Below, one piece after another: positions 8,880-17,942 of a DNA stretch of 64,000 nucleotides. Positions within the stretch are counted from its first letter, which is position 1. Every line of letters begins with the position of its first letter. The position numbers were made by a program, and so were the translations under genes. A model generated the notes under the pieces. The model worked only from the letters and a program-made list of their open reading frames with translations. It had not been told where the DNA came from and did no database searches. The DNA is from a virus (lineage: Duplodnaviria > Caudoviricetes). Location of the stretch: IMG/VR virus record IMGVR_UViG_3300032373_001170, positions 1 to 64,000 of that record. One strand, written 5' to 3'.

Positions 8880-9954
8880 TGTTGTCGCCTTCAGGTGATG
8901 GGAATTCTGGCATTTCAAAACTGTTGTCTAGCCCGTTATTTTCTATCGCCTCACTGGGGGCGGTGGATGTGTTTTCTAATGCCTCATATGCTTCAGTCGC
9001 TTTCTCCGAAAGAGTATCTTCATCATTAAATGACTCTGATAAGAATAAAAGCTCTTGATCAACTTGTACTTCAGTTAGCCATTGTTTAACTTTTATGGGT
9101 TGCTTTGTTTGCGGATCCAGCATAGAAACCATGCGCTGAACCTTGGTTACATAAAATATTGGCTTACCCTGTTCAAAACCGGAAATTCTACCGCGCTTAA
9201 AGGATACTTGTGCTAGCTGCTGGCGTATCTCACTTAGTGCATAAAAAGACCGAGTGGAGAGTTCGATAAGAAGCCCCCTCGGTACTTTTGGTATATGGAA
9301 GAATAACGATCCAGATAACGTGCAGGCGCGTGATTGGTACTCACGGCACGAGCCAGGAATGCATTCACCATTATTTTCATTGCGAAGTATGATATTACGA
9401 CCACCGAATTGTCGCGCCCCTCTGTTATTTGAGGTATTAGGTTGCAGTGGCTCGTACATTTTACAAAAACGATTACCCACTGAATCGTACTCCGACCAGT
9501 ACTGCAAACCTTTCGCGCCAAAACATTTGAGAGCATGAGGCAATGCCGAGTAGATATCATCTGTTGAAAAGTATATAGGGAAAGATTTCAGCACTCGACC
9601 GTCTTCGGTGTCAGTACCGTATTCATCCATAATGAGCTTTGCTACTTCCGGATCGGAAAACTCTCGCGCCTTAACTGTAAAATATGGAACATTTCTGGGT
9701 GTAAGGGGGTGTGCTTTGGAGTCGCCTAAATGAGTTCTGATTCGCTGCACAATGGCTTCATTGGAAGCCCCAGCCTCAGTTCCTTTATCAAAAATATTCT
9801 GAACACCAGGCTTCGCGGCGGCAGCGCGAGTGAGGACCTTAATGCCAGCGCGTATTTTCCCTGATGCTCGTAAAACGGGTTTGTGTGAACCAAGAATGTC
9901 GTTTTTATGTAAAGGGGGTGGATGTCCTTCTGATGTGTGCACGATAGCATTCAT
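8872..9954 (-). CDS. Gp3-like / recombination directionality factor-like protein
   Basis: GKIRAGIK start, Cys cluster CIPGSCREYQSRACTLSGSLFF and acidic tail resemble the phiBT1 gp3-like family (recognised by eye). Confidence 0.55.
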   Translation of the reverse strand: MNAIVHTSEGHPPPLHKNDILGSHKPVLRASGKIRAGIKVLTRAAAAKPGVQNIFDKGTEAGASNEAIVQRIRTHLGDSKAHPLTPRNVPYFTVKAREFSDPEVAKLIMDEYGTDTEDGRVLKSFPIYFSTDDIYSALPHALKCFGAKGLQYWSEYDSVGNRFCKMYEPLQPNTSNNRGARQFGGRNIILRNENNGECIPGSCREYQSRACTLSGSLFFHIPKVPRGLLIELSTRSFYALSEIRQQLAQVSFKRGRISGFEQGKPIFYVTKVQRMVSMLDPQTKQPIKVKQWLTEVQVDQELLFLSESFNDEDTLSEKATEAYEALENTSTAPSEAIENNGLDNSFEMPEFPSPEGDNNG

Positions 9955-9956
9955 TT

Positions 9957-10316
9957 TTAATTTAACTCCATATTGTTTTCAATCGAATCAATGCATTCTT
10001 TCAAGCGGGTCATGTTTAATGGTAACTGGAAGGCAACCACTAAAGCTTCTGCGTAGTTTGCAGCCGCCCAAACTTTCTTTGTAAATTCGGCTGGGCAGGT
10101 TTCCGCGTTACTTGCTGCGCGATCCAAAATTCTTTTTGTAGTGAATTGGCAGCGAATGAGTGCATGATCAGGCAAATCCCCGCTCAAGTGAGACTCTAAT
10201 GAATCTAGACACTTTTTGACGCTATTGTCGCAAGGATAAACGCTTGAGAACGAAAGCAGGTTGCTTTGCAGGCTGCGGTAAATCACTTCATTGCTGGTTA
10301 CTGCTAAATTCTTCAT
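9957..10316 (-). CDS. Hypothetical protein, first gene of the leftward operon
   Basis: 119 aa; strong SD AGGAGG upstream. Confidence 0.65.
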   Translation of the reverse strand: MKNLAVTSNEVIYRSLQSNLLSFSSVYPCDNSVKKCLDSLESHLSGDLPDHALIRCQFTTKRILDRAASNAETCPAEFTKKVWAAANYAEALVVAFQLPLNMTRLKECIDSIENNMELN

Positions 10317-10337
10317 GTGGTCACCCTCCTTGAAAGC

Positions 10338-10366
10338 AATATTAGCACGTCGAATAATAAAATCAA
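10338..10366 (-). promoter_or_regulatory. PL-like promoter with overlapping operator
   Basis: Minus strand TTGATT-16 bp-TAATAT; overlaps operator ATTATTCGACGTGCTAATATT. Confidence 0.6.
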
Positions 10367-10441
10367 ATAAATTAGACAGGAAAATTATTATTTGCGAAAC
10401 GATTGAAGAATTAATCAGGAAGGGATTGCATATTTAGATCG

Positions 10442-10463
10442 AGCACCCTGCGCTCAGGGTGCT
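10442..10463. terminator. Hairpin downstream of cI
   Basis: AGCACCCTG-CGCT-CAGGGTGCT perfect 9-bp stem; U-tract weak. Confidence 0.4.
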
Positions 10464-10481
10464 TTGTGCGGAAAGTACTCG

Positions 10482-11015
10482 TTACGTTGCTAGATAAATA
10501 AATTTACCTATAATTTCTTGAGTAGGGTCTTTATTTTCCGCAAGGCATTCGATGTACACTGTAATTATAAGTTTGGCGAACACTTTAGCTTTGAGCTTAA
10601 TTGAGTGCTCCTCAATATATGTGACAACAGCTTCAATTACTTTTTCAAACAGCTCTTTTTGTCCAGAAGAAAGCTGGAGATACTCTAGTTCAGCTGAGTC
10701 TTTGCGAGCATTTTGTTGTAAGAAAGCAGCGTTTCCAGTCACTTTAGCGACATATTTATCGAATTCTGGCCGGATGTCGGTCGGTTTTACGCCTAGCAAT
10801 TCAGCCCATTTTAAGACTGCGTTCACGCTGAGTGGCGTGTGCGCGTTCAGGTGTTGACTTACAATTCCTTGACTCTTGAACCCCATATCCTCGGCAATTT
10901 CATCTTGATTTATGCCTGGGTGTCGTAATTTCCAAGCCCTGTATAGGCGAGACAAGTTTTCAGATGCGCGTATGTCTTCTTGGGTTAGCGGTTTTCGATT
11001 TCTTTTGTTACCCAT
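10482..11015 (-). CDS. cI: CI-like phage repressor (HTH, no S24 peptidase domain)
   Basis: Lambda-CI-like HTH (INQDEIAEDMGFKSQGIVSQHLN); divergent from the cro-like gene. Confidence 0.8.
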   Translation of the reverse strand: MGNKRNRKPLTQEDIRASENLSRLYRAWKLRHPGINQDEIAEDMGFKSQGIVSQHLNAHTPLSVNAVLKWAELLGVKPTDIRPEFDKYVAKVTGNAAFLQQNARKDSAELEYLQLSSGQKELFEKVIEAVVTYIEEHSIKLKAKVFAKLIITVYIECLAENKDPTQEIIGKFIYLAT

Positions 11016-11049
11016 CTTGAGTTACCTGGAGGTTGAACGTCGTGAATAT

Positions 11050-11070
11050 ACTATTTGCACTACTAATACA
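11050..11070 (+). promoter_or_regulatory. Putative repressor operator
   Basis: ACTATTTGCACTACTAATACA resembles the operators at 10338 and 11100. Confidence 0.5.
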
Positions 11071-11090
11071 AAAATAGCTGGACAAAAGTC

Positions 11091-11120
11091 TTGACTAAGA
11101 ATATTCGACCACCTAATATT
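11091..11120 (+). promoter_or_regulatory. PR-like promoter with overlapping operator
   Basis: TTGACT-17 bp-TAATAT; operator AATATTCGACCACCTAATATT at 11100-11120. Confidence 0.7.
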
Positions 11121-11129
11121 GAGCTAAAC

Positions 11130-11408
11130 ATGATTACAGAAATGAATTTAAATCAGTACCTAAGCGAGTCGGGCATCAATCAAACTGATTTCGCAACGAA
11201 CATGAAGCGGACGCAGGGCAGAATTGCTCAATGGTTAAAAAATGGAGTGCCACCACTAATGGCAATTCCTGTTGAGGCTGCGACGGGTGGACTGGTTCCT
11301 CGCTATATAAGTTCTCCGGAAATATATCCTCCAGAGCAATATCGCGTAGTTTACCCAGTACTGTTTCAGCTTCTGTATAGTCATGCTGTTAATAATAAGA
11401 CAAGTTAA
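11130..11408 (+). CDS. cro: Cro/YdaS-like HTH regulator
   Basis: LNQYLSESGINQTDFA..TQGRIAQW..VPP..AIPVEAATGG..V pattern; start ATG 11130 or 11142. Confidence 0.78.
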   Translation: MITEMNLNQYLSESGINQTDFATNMKRTQGRIAQWLKNGVPPLMAIPVEAATGGLVPRYISSPEIYPPEQYRVVYPVLFQLLYSHAVNNKTS

Positions 11409-11497
11409 GTAGGGGATTGAAGGGGAAGCGTAGGGACAGCAAATCTTTTTATCCAGATAAACGTGAGGATCGAAGTCGATAAACGAAGGAGCTTAAA

Positions 11498-11770
11498 ATG
11501 AGCAATATTAATGAAGTTAGGCGCAAGTTAGATCAAGTGTTGCTGAGCGTTGACAGAGAGCAGGCTGCTGAATCTCTTCAGCTAAAGAAATCAGAGGTTT
11601 CTCGTAAAATTAACGGTGACAACGGATGGAATAATGAGCAGCTTGCAAAGATTATCAGTCTTGCTGGTGCTCAAATCATACCTGGAGACGGTAGTTACGT
11701 GATTGTCCCATCGGAAGAGTATGAAGCCACTAAGTTTTTTGCTCAAAAAGGTTTTTCGTTAGCGAGTTAG
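11498..11770 (+). CDS. CII-like regulator
   Basis: 90 aa after cro; EQAAESLQLKKSEVSRK HTH resembling lambda CII. Confidence 0.65.
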   Translation: MSNINEVRRKLDQVLLSVDREQAAESLQLKKSEVSRKINGDNGWNNEQLAKIISLAGAQIIPGDGSYVIVPSEEYEATKFFAQKGFSLAS

Positions 11771-12163
11771 TCTTTCGAGTCGCTTCCTTATAGTAGTCGT
11801 GCGAGGTTTATTTTCGAGAATCTTTATTAATTGATTGATGACGATATCGATTTCTGGGTCATCGAGTGTAGATATCGCATCCAATATGACTCTATTTTTT
11901 TTGTTTATGCCGGCAAAAAACTCTTCTGGCGATGAGTCGAGCAACTTAAGAAGCACCAGGAATTGCTGCAGATAGAGATTTTTACCTTCATAGAAATTAA
12001 GAATATTGGAGAGGGTTGAGTGGTGAATTCTTTCCGGAACATCGAGAGAGTGGGTTTTTCCGCATATGATTCGCATCGAGTCTTCTGATTGCTTAATCAG
12101 CTTGTTTAAGCGATTAAGGATTAATTTGGTTTCTTTGTTGGCAAGATATGTCATATCTTGCAT
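11759..12163 (-). CDS. XRE-like HTH protein in reverse orientation (moron-like)
   Basis: 134 aa; IHHSTLSNIL..NLYLQQFLVLLKLLDSSPEEFF pattern. Confidence 0.55.
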   Translation of the reverse strand: MQDMTYLANKETKLILNRLNKLIKQSEDSMRIICGKTHSLDVPERIHHSTLSNILNFYEGKNLYLQQFLVLLKLLDSSPEEFFAGINKKNRVILDAISTLDDPEIDIVINQLIKILENKPRTTTIRKRLERLTR

Positions 12164-12186
12164 GGTAGTGAATAGCTACCCGGAAC

Positions 12187-12207
12187 ACAATTAGTTGTAC
12201 TAATACT
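12187..12207. promoter_or_regulatory. Putative fourth operator
   Basis: ACAATTAG-TTGTA-CTAATACT fits ATT(A/C)G-N5-CTAATA. Confidence 0.45.
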
Positions 12208-12344
12208 CGGAGGGGTTATGTTTCAAATATTGGAGTTGTCGAGTGCGCTTCGTCAATTGATTTCTTTTTTCTCGTTCAATATTCAGGGTTTTAAATGAAT
12301 TGCAAATCCAAAATTGGCTGTCGTCATGACGTCATGACGGCGGC

Positions 12345-13127
12345 ATGATGGCAACGGTAAAAGTAAAAGACTGGCCAAAATGGCAGACATACCGAAAAGA
12401 TCGCGGCACACCACCATGGATAAAAGTGTATCGGAATCTCATGAGCAATCCAGAATGGGCAGATTTAACCGATGCCGAAAAGGGGCAGTTAGTGTCAATG
12501 TGGATTGTAGCCGCAGATAAAGAAGGTGATTTACCTGGTGATTCACGGATTCTACAAAAAATGTGCATGCTTGATGAGCAGCCAAACGTCAACAGATTCA
12601 TTGACTTAAAGTTCTTAATGCGAGTCGGTTGCCAAAGTGACGCCAGAGTGACAACAGATGGTCACCCCAAAGGTGTCGAGCTGCCAACCAAAAACAAGCA
12701 AAGTGACGCACCAGAGACAGAGACAGAGACAGAGACAGAGACAGAGACAGAGACAGATAAAAACACTACCTCGCCAAAAGAAATTGACGAGAAGGATTTG
12801 GAAGTTGCTACGCACATTTATAATGGACTTCTAAGAATCAACCCGAAGCATGACAAGCCAAATTACACTGCATGGGCCAAAGATGTTCGATTAATGCGAG
12901 AAAGAGATAGGCGGACGCATGACGAAATTAAAAATCTATTTGATTGGGCAAATAATGATTCGTTTTGGCAGACAAATATTCTTTCACCGTCAAAACTTCG
13001 GAAACAATGGAATCAACTGACTATCAAGCGAGGTGTGTCAAAAAATAATAAGCACAGTGGCTTTAAGGAAAGGGATTATTCACAAGGAACAGATGAACTC
13101 AAAGACCCTAAATGGGCTGAAGAATGA
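12345..13127 (+). CDS. Phage replication initiator (lambda O-like C-terminus)
   Basis: N-terminal WIKVYR..EWADLTDAEKGQL; C-terminal WANNDSFWQTNILSPSKLRKQW; followed by a DnaC-like ATPase. Confidence 0.85.
   Translation: MMATVKVKDWPKWQTYRKDRGTPPWIKVYRNLMSNPEWADLTDAEKGQLVSMWIVAADKEGDLPGDSRILQKMCMLDEQPNVNRFIDLKFLMRVGCQSDARVTTDGHPKGVELPTKNKQSDAPETETETETETETETDKNTTSPKEIDEKDLEVATHIYNGLLRINPKHDKPNYTAWAKDVRLMRERDRRTHDEIKNLFDWANNDSFWQTNILSPSKLRKQWNQLTIKRGVSKNNKHSGFKERDYSQGTDELKDPKWAEE
12633..12709 (+). other. Putative origin iterons within the initiator gene
   Basis: CAAAGTGACGC at 12633 and 12699, plus related AGTGACA and inverted GTCAC between them. Confidence 0.45.
12714..12755 (+). repeat. (GAGACA)7 tandem repeat encoding (ET)7
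   Basis: Seven exact hexamer units, in frame. Confidence 0.95.
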
Positions 13128-13762
13128 GTACCGCCTTGAGTCAGAAAACTAAAAACGAGTCTCCTGCTGATGATTATAAAAGGCGTGAGCTTTTTAGAAA
13201 TGCAGAGATCCCGGTTAGATTTAAAGGTAAAGACTTTGATAGCTACTTACCCACATGTGAAGGAGGAAAAAAGGCCCTTAGAATTTCGAAAAGCTTCGCG
13301 GGAAGTTTTAGTGATCGTTTGGCGTGTGGGGATGGGTTGATATTTTTTGGGAAAACGGGAACTGGGAAAACTCATTTAAGCTGCGCTATTGCTAGTTACA
13401 TCATTCGTGAATTTGGTTATTCAGTTTTATTTACCGAAGTGCTAGAGATGACGAGGCAAATTAAAGAAACATATAGAAGAGACACGGCACAGACTGAGCG
13501 TGAAGTGATGCGAAAATTCTGCCGCCCAAGCCTGCTTATACTGGATGAGGTTGGAATGCAATTCGGTAGCGATGCAGAAAAAGTCATCGTGTCAGATATT
13601 ATAAATATAAGATATAAGCGCGTAAAATCAACAATATTGGTTAGTAACTTAACACTGAGTGAGCTAGAAGCGTGTGTTGGTGATCGTGGTGTAGATCGCA
13701 TGTACGAAGGCGGCGGGGTGATTATTCCATTTGACTGGGGTAGTTACCGACGTGGATCTTAA
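13124..13762 (+). CDS. DnaC/IstB-like helicase loader ATPase
   Basis: GKTGTGKT Walker A, LLILDEVG Walker B, TILVSNL, GDRGVDRM. Confidence 0.9.
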   Translation: MSTALSQKTKNESPADDYKRRELFRNAEIPVRFKGKDFDSYLPTCEGGKKALRISKSFAGSFSDRLACGDGLIFFGKTGTGKTHLSCAIASYIIREFGYSVLFTEVLEMTRQIKETYRRDTAQTEREVMRKFCRPSLLILDEVGMQFGSDAEKVIVSDIINIRYKRVKSTILVSNLTLSELEACVGDRGVDRMYEGGGVIIPFDWGSYRRGS

Positions 13763-13783
13763 CGGCAGAATGGAGGATCTCAT

Positions 13784-14317
13784 ATGAAACCTGAGAATCT
13801 GGGTCTGAAAATGTTTACCTGCCCAAACTTGCCGGGTAATTTGCGATTAACAGCAAATAGCTGTTCGACTCAATGGAAAAAAGCGTCAGAACAAAAACCG
13901 GGGAAAGGGTGCCCATTGTTCGAGTGCAGAGGGTGTGAGATTGGGGCGAAAAATTCCGGAGTATTGCACCCTGAAGAATTAAGAAAGCCTTGTGAGATAG
14001 ATAGGATATGCCTTAATTGTCATAAACCGGCAAGCAGCTTAGTCTACAAACGATTGTGTATTTCTTGTTATAACCGAGTGCTTGAAGTAGTGAAAGGTGT
14101 AAATGCAAAGGGGACTAAGCCAGTAAAGCACGGCCCCGTTTTTACAGTGCGGATAGCTTACTTGGTTAATGGGAAGCGAAAAGAAAGGGTGATAGAAAGA
14201 GTTTCGTCATTACTCGAAGCTGAGCTATCGATAGTAAAAAGTTATGACGAAAAGGTTTCATTTATGCGCTCTGTCGATGGTTTGATCAGTGATCAATACA
14301 GCATGTTTAGATTGTAA
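13784..14317 (+). CDS. Cys-rich (Zn-finger-like) hypothetical protein
   Basis: CRGC, CLNC and CISC pairs; SD GGAGG upstream. Confidence 0.7.
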   Translation: MKPENLGLKMFTCPNLPGNLRLTANSCSTQWKKASEQKPGKGCPLFECRGCEIGAKNSGVLHPEELRKPCEIDRICLNCHKPASSLVYKRLCISCYNRVLEVVKGVNAKGTKPVKHGPVFTVRIAYLVNGKRKERVIERVSSLLEAELSIVKSYDEKVSFMRSVDGLISDQYSMFRL

Positions 14318-14751
14318 TGACTAGGCGAAATAAAATCATTAGAAGTGTGGGGAAGCGATCAGAATCAGTTGAGCAGCAAAGCTTGTTTAACTGGCGAGAT
14401 GAAATGGTAATGAAGTTCCCTGGTAGATACCCTGGAATTGACGAGATGCTTGCGACACTAAACGGAGCGTATTTACAGGGTAGCAAGGAACAAAGAGCTC
14501 GTCGATGGGTGCAACTCAAGAAGGAGGGGGCTAGAGAAGGAGTGGCAGACATTTTTCTACCAGTGCCTGTTTCTACCTATTCTGGGCTTTGGATTGAGAT
14601 GAAGATAGAAAAAGGTGGTGTAACCAGTCAATCTCAAAAAGAAGTTGCCGCAAAAATGATGCAGCGAGGCTACTATTTTGGAGTTTGCGCTGGTGTTGCG
14701 TCAGCGATCAGACTTATACAGTTTTATTATTCTATGGATGATTATCTTTGA
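14317..14751 (+). CDS. VRR-NUC family nuclease
   Basis: E..EQ..LF.W; KKEGAREGVADIFL; GLWIEMK; SQSQKE. Confidence 0.82.
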   Translation: MTRRNKIIRSVGKRSESVEQQSLFNWRDEMVMKFPGRYPGIDEMLATLNGAYLQGSKEQRARRWVQLKKEGAREGVADIFLPVPVSTYSGLWIEMKIEKGGVTSQSQKEVAAKMMQRGYYFGVCAGVASAIRLIQFYYSMDDYL

Positions 14752-14925
14752 GTTAATTGGTAGCTATATACAACCATTTGAAGTTGGAGGAAATATGTTG
14801 AGAAGAAAAAGTGATTTGCTAGCGAAGAGAACTAAGCTTCAGCATTTTTTTACATTGTGCATGCTGGGTTACTTTATCCTGGTGGCCAAAGCTCTTTTTG
14901 ATTGGGTATTGGCGTTGGGAATGCA

Positions 14926-15453
14926 ATGAGTGACGATGAGATGATGCTTGACATGTATTCCGTGCCAGGCGATGAAGATGTAAATCCTAGAGCTTATTAC
15001 GACCAGCTGTTAGCTGACTGTCCAGAACATAGTGATTTAGCAGATGGTGAGGCAGTTGTTGATTTTCTTTTTGTTCGCGATCCCGTTGTGATGCAGGGAA
15101 GGGAGGTTTTAGGGGCGGTTCATTTACCTGCGGTTCAAGGTAAGTTAAAAAAAGTTTTCCTGTGGATGATTATCAGCTTATTCGGACGGCTGCCCGATTT
15201 TCTTGTAACGATTGACAAACAATATTGGGATAGTGGTAGCGAAATAGATCAAGAAATACTTATTTACCATGAGATGTGTCACATGATACATCAGGTCAAT
15301 AACGAAGGTGAGCTTAGGTTTGATTTGTATGGTAATCCTATATGGGGATTACGAGGGCATGACGTTGAGGAGTTTACTCAAACAGTCCAGCGTTACGGTG
15401 CGTACAGCAACGAAATTAGGGAGTTTATCAATGCCGCAAATAGAAAAGACTGA
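14926..15453 (+). CDS. Putative phage metallopeptidase
   Basis: LIYHEMCH (HExxH) and GHDVEEF..V.RYG. Confidence 0.75.
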   Translation: MSDDEMMLDMYSVPGDEDVNPRAYYDQLLADCPEHSDLADGEAVVDFLFVRDPVVMQGREVLGAVHLPAVQGKLKKVFLWMIISLFGRLPDFLVTIDKQYWDSGSEIDQEILIYHEMCHMIHQVNNEGELRFDLYGNPIWGLRGHDVEEFTQTVQRYGAYSNEIREFINAANRKD

Positions 15454-15625
15454 GCGTGGATTGGTGTTTGGAGATCCAGTAAAAATTATGGATGATTGTG
15501 GTGCGGAGCTCTGCCGAGGAAAAATAAATAGTTACGATGCAACTAAAGACTGGTTTCAGGTCGAGTTTGAACATTCATTACCTAAATTTATTAATTATCC
15601 TGCTCACCGAGTTTGGCCGGTATGA
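15431..15625 (+). CDS. Small hypothetical protein
   Basis: 64 aa from ATG 15431; stop overlaps the next start (ATGA). Confidence 0.5.
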   Translation: MPQIEKTERGLVFGDPVKIMDDCGAELCRGKINSYDATKDWFQVEFEHSLPKFINYPAHRVWPV

Positions 15626-16506
15626 CAGATAAAGATTTGTCCAGCTATCGTGTGATCGCGAAATTTGACGCGTTCATTCGTAGGCCTGAGCCACTTAAGA
15701 CAGGAATGACCGCATTGCTATTTGCTGAGAATGGGCCTCATGCCGATGAGGTCAATAAGCTAGGGATTAGCGAATATCAAGATGCGTTTGTGAGCGTGGA
15801 GATGTTCGATGGGCAAGAAACAATGGATGGTTTTTTTGGTTATATTCGAAGACCTAAGCCGCTTGTGAGTGGAATGATTGCGCAATTCTTTGGTGAGAAT
15901 GGCGACGACTCTGACAAGATCGCTGCTCTGAGCTTGAGTAATTTCCTAGATATGCGACTGACGTTTTGTGTGAGGTATATCCAAGATCCGGCAGGCAAAG
16001 ATATGAAGAAAGCCAAAGGCCCATATAGCGAAGCGGCTTCGCTTTTGTGGAGGTCTAGCTTCTTCGCTACTCCTGACGTCTGGGTAAAGACTGGTACAGA
16101 TAAAGAATTCCTCGCGTGGGTAATTACTCGGCCTTGTTGTATTTCTAAAGAATATGGAAATCACAAAGGTGACATCGTTCCGATGCATGTTCGTCGTGTT
16201 GCTAACGGTTCAGGGACTAGTATTAAACCTGAGTATAGTGCAATTGCCGGTTGCTGGTTTCATCATAATGCGATGCAGCATCAGAGTGGCGAGAGTGCTG
16301 TAGGGGGGCGAGATTTTTTCGATAGGCAACGCATACAGCACTTAAGATTATGGGGTTGGCAGTGCTTGGTTAGTTTAAACAAGGCAGAAAGTATGACGTT
16401 CGTTCCACCAGAGTTCGTGTACTCATGGGCAGTTGCAAATTCTGTAGACCAGTACCTACCGCTGCAATATCGGAAGTTTGTTAGGTTAGAGGCTGGGAAC
16501 AAGTAA
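15622..16506 (+). CDS. Protein with C-terminal DUF968/HNH-like Zn-nuclease domain
   Basis: FLAWVITRPCCIS...MHVRR...GTSIKPEYSAIAGCWFHHNAMQH. Confidence 0.6.
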   Translation: MTDKDLSSYRVIAKFDAFIRRPEPLKTGMTALLFAENGPHADEVNKLGISEYQDAFVSVEMFDGQETMDGFFGYIRRPKPLVSGMIAQFFGENGDDSDKIAALSLSNFLDMRLTFCVRYIQDPAGKDMKKAKGPYSEAASLLWRSSFFATPDVWVKTGTDKEFLAWVITRPCCISKEYGNHKGDIVPMHVRRVANGSGTSIKPEYSAIAGCWFHHNAMQHQSGESAVGGRDFFDRQRIQHLRLWGWQCLVSLNKAESMTFVPPEFVYSWAVANSVDQYLPLQYRKFVRLEAGNK

Positions 16507-16515
16507 CAATTGAAA

Positions 16516-16782
16516 ATGTTTATAGCAGAAGCGATAGAAATCATGACAAGACCTGTAACAATATTTGAATACTGGAGGCCGGACGATGCTGAGTATGATG
16601 ATTCATATCAGAAGCGTGAAATGGGAAAGGGTGTTTTCCATGAGTTCGGTGTTAGCTACGAAAATGTTGGCGATAGCGTGGGTAACTATTCAACCGCGAT
16701 TATTGAACTACCAAATGGACAAATTGTTAATGAGCCTGTTGAAATGATTCAATTTGATGACAAAGGTAAGGAAAATGGCTAA
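16516..16782 (+). CDS. Hypothetical phage protein
   Basis: 88 aa from ATG 16516; overlaps the ssb start. Confidence 0.65.
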   Translation: MFIAEAIEIMTRPVTIFEYWRPDDAEYDDSYQKREMGKGVFHEFGVSYENVGDSVGNYSTAIIELPNGQIVNEPVEMIQFDDKGKENG

Positions 16783-17239
16783 AGGTGTAAATAAGGTGAT
16801 TTTGGTTGGCAACATAGGTGGTGATCCGGAGGTTCGTTATACTCCCGGCGGAAGTGCTGTCGCAAACGCAACAATAGCAACTAGTGATACCTGGAAAGAC
16901 AAAAATACTGGGCAAAAGCAGGAGCGCACTGAATGGCATCGGGTTGTGTTCTTTAATCGTCTAGGGGAGATAGCAGGCGAGTATTTAAAGAAAGGATCAA
17001 AGGTTTATGTGGAAGGAAGTTTGCGAACACGCAAGTGGCAAGATAAAAATGGTCAAGATCGGTACACGACTGAAATAGTTGGTAGTGAAATGCAAATGCT
17101 TGATTCAAAAAGTGGCTCTCAAGCGGGCACAGGCAGTCCAGCAGGTAGTTATCAGCATTCCCCGAATAATAGAGCCCCATCACCGGAGCCAGTGGCCGCA
17201 GCAGACTATTCTGATTTTGATGACGATATTCCTTTCTAG
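16775..17239 (+). CDS. ssb: Single-stranded DNA-binding protein
   Basis: [43 protein letters not shown]; C-terminal DFDDDIPF. Confidence 0.97.
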   Translation: MAKGVNKVILVGNIGGDPEVRYTPGGSAVANATIATSDTWKDKNTGQKQERTEWHRVVFFNRLGEIAGEYLKKGSKVYVEGSLRTRKWQDKNGQDRYTTEIVGSEMQMLDSKSGSQAGTGSPAGSYQHSPNNRAPSPEPVAAADYSDFDDDIPF

Positions 17240-17283
17240 ACGGAATATCATAGACTAGTTGTTTAATTAATCACAGGACTTGA

Positions 17284-17934
17284 ATGATGCTAAGAAAGTT
17301 AACCAAGCAAATGAAATCGGAACTTTTTCAATTGATTGCGATGAAACTCGTGAGATCTGAAGTTGAAGAGTATGAACACTCAATTAAAGTACTAGCTGAC
17401 GCGCTATGGGAATGGAAATACAAAAAAGATATAGACATTATTACGACTCTCCCTGACGGGTTCATGCGCACTTGCAGCTGCGCAAACCTAGCGCACATCG
17501 ATTTTCTAGTAATAAATATAAACCAAATAACAAATTGTTATATGCCAGAAAAACTAAGTAATAGCTCTTCTAGTTGGGCACATACCACAAATTCAATTTC
17601 GTTTACTTCAAAAAAACGTGTTAAGCGTGATGATCAATATAGTGTGTCCATTGCCGCACATGAGCTACCAAAAAGCTTAATGAATCGCATTGATAAAATG
17701 AAAAAGAAGTCGGAGGTCCTGCGAGATAAAATTAGTAGTCTCATGGTGGAGCTGAAAGGCGTTATACAGTCTAGCAAAACTATAAAAGATTTGAGAGAAA
17801 TACTGCCAGAATTTAGTGAGTTTTATCCTTCCGATAATGCGGATAGTTTTCCTGTAATTTCCGTTTCAGCGGACAATATTCAATCCGCTGCTAGAAAATG
17901 GGCAAAAAATAACGCTGCCACATCAGCTCAATAG
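17284..17934 (+). CDS. Nmad5-like phage protein
   Basis: 216 aa; RKLTKQMK start and VIQSSKTIKDLREILPEF end resemble Nmad5 (by eye). Confidence 0.45.
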   Translation: MMLRKLTKQMKSELFQLIAMKLVRSEVEEYEHSIKVLADALWEWKYKKDIDIITTLPDGFMRTCSCANLAHIDFLVININQITNCYMPEKLSNSSSSWAHTTNSISFTSKKRVKRDDQYSVSIAAHELPKSLMNRIDKMKKKSEVLRDKISSLMVELKGVIQSSKTIKDLREILPEFSEFYPSDNADSFPVISVSADNIQSAARKWAKNNAATSAQ

Positions 17935-17942
17935 ATCCGTAA

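Noticed and set aside
14794-14929. 44-aa hydrophobic ORF as a holin
   Set aside because: Single hydrophobic stretch in the early region and no adjacent endolysin; the lysis module is not visible in this window
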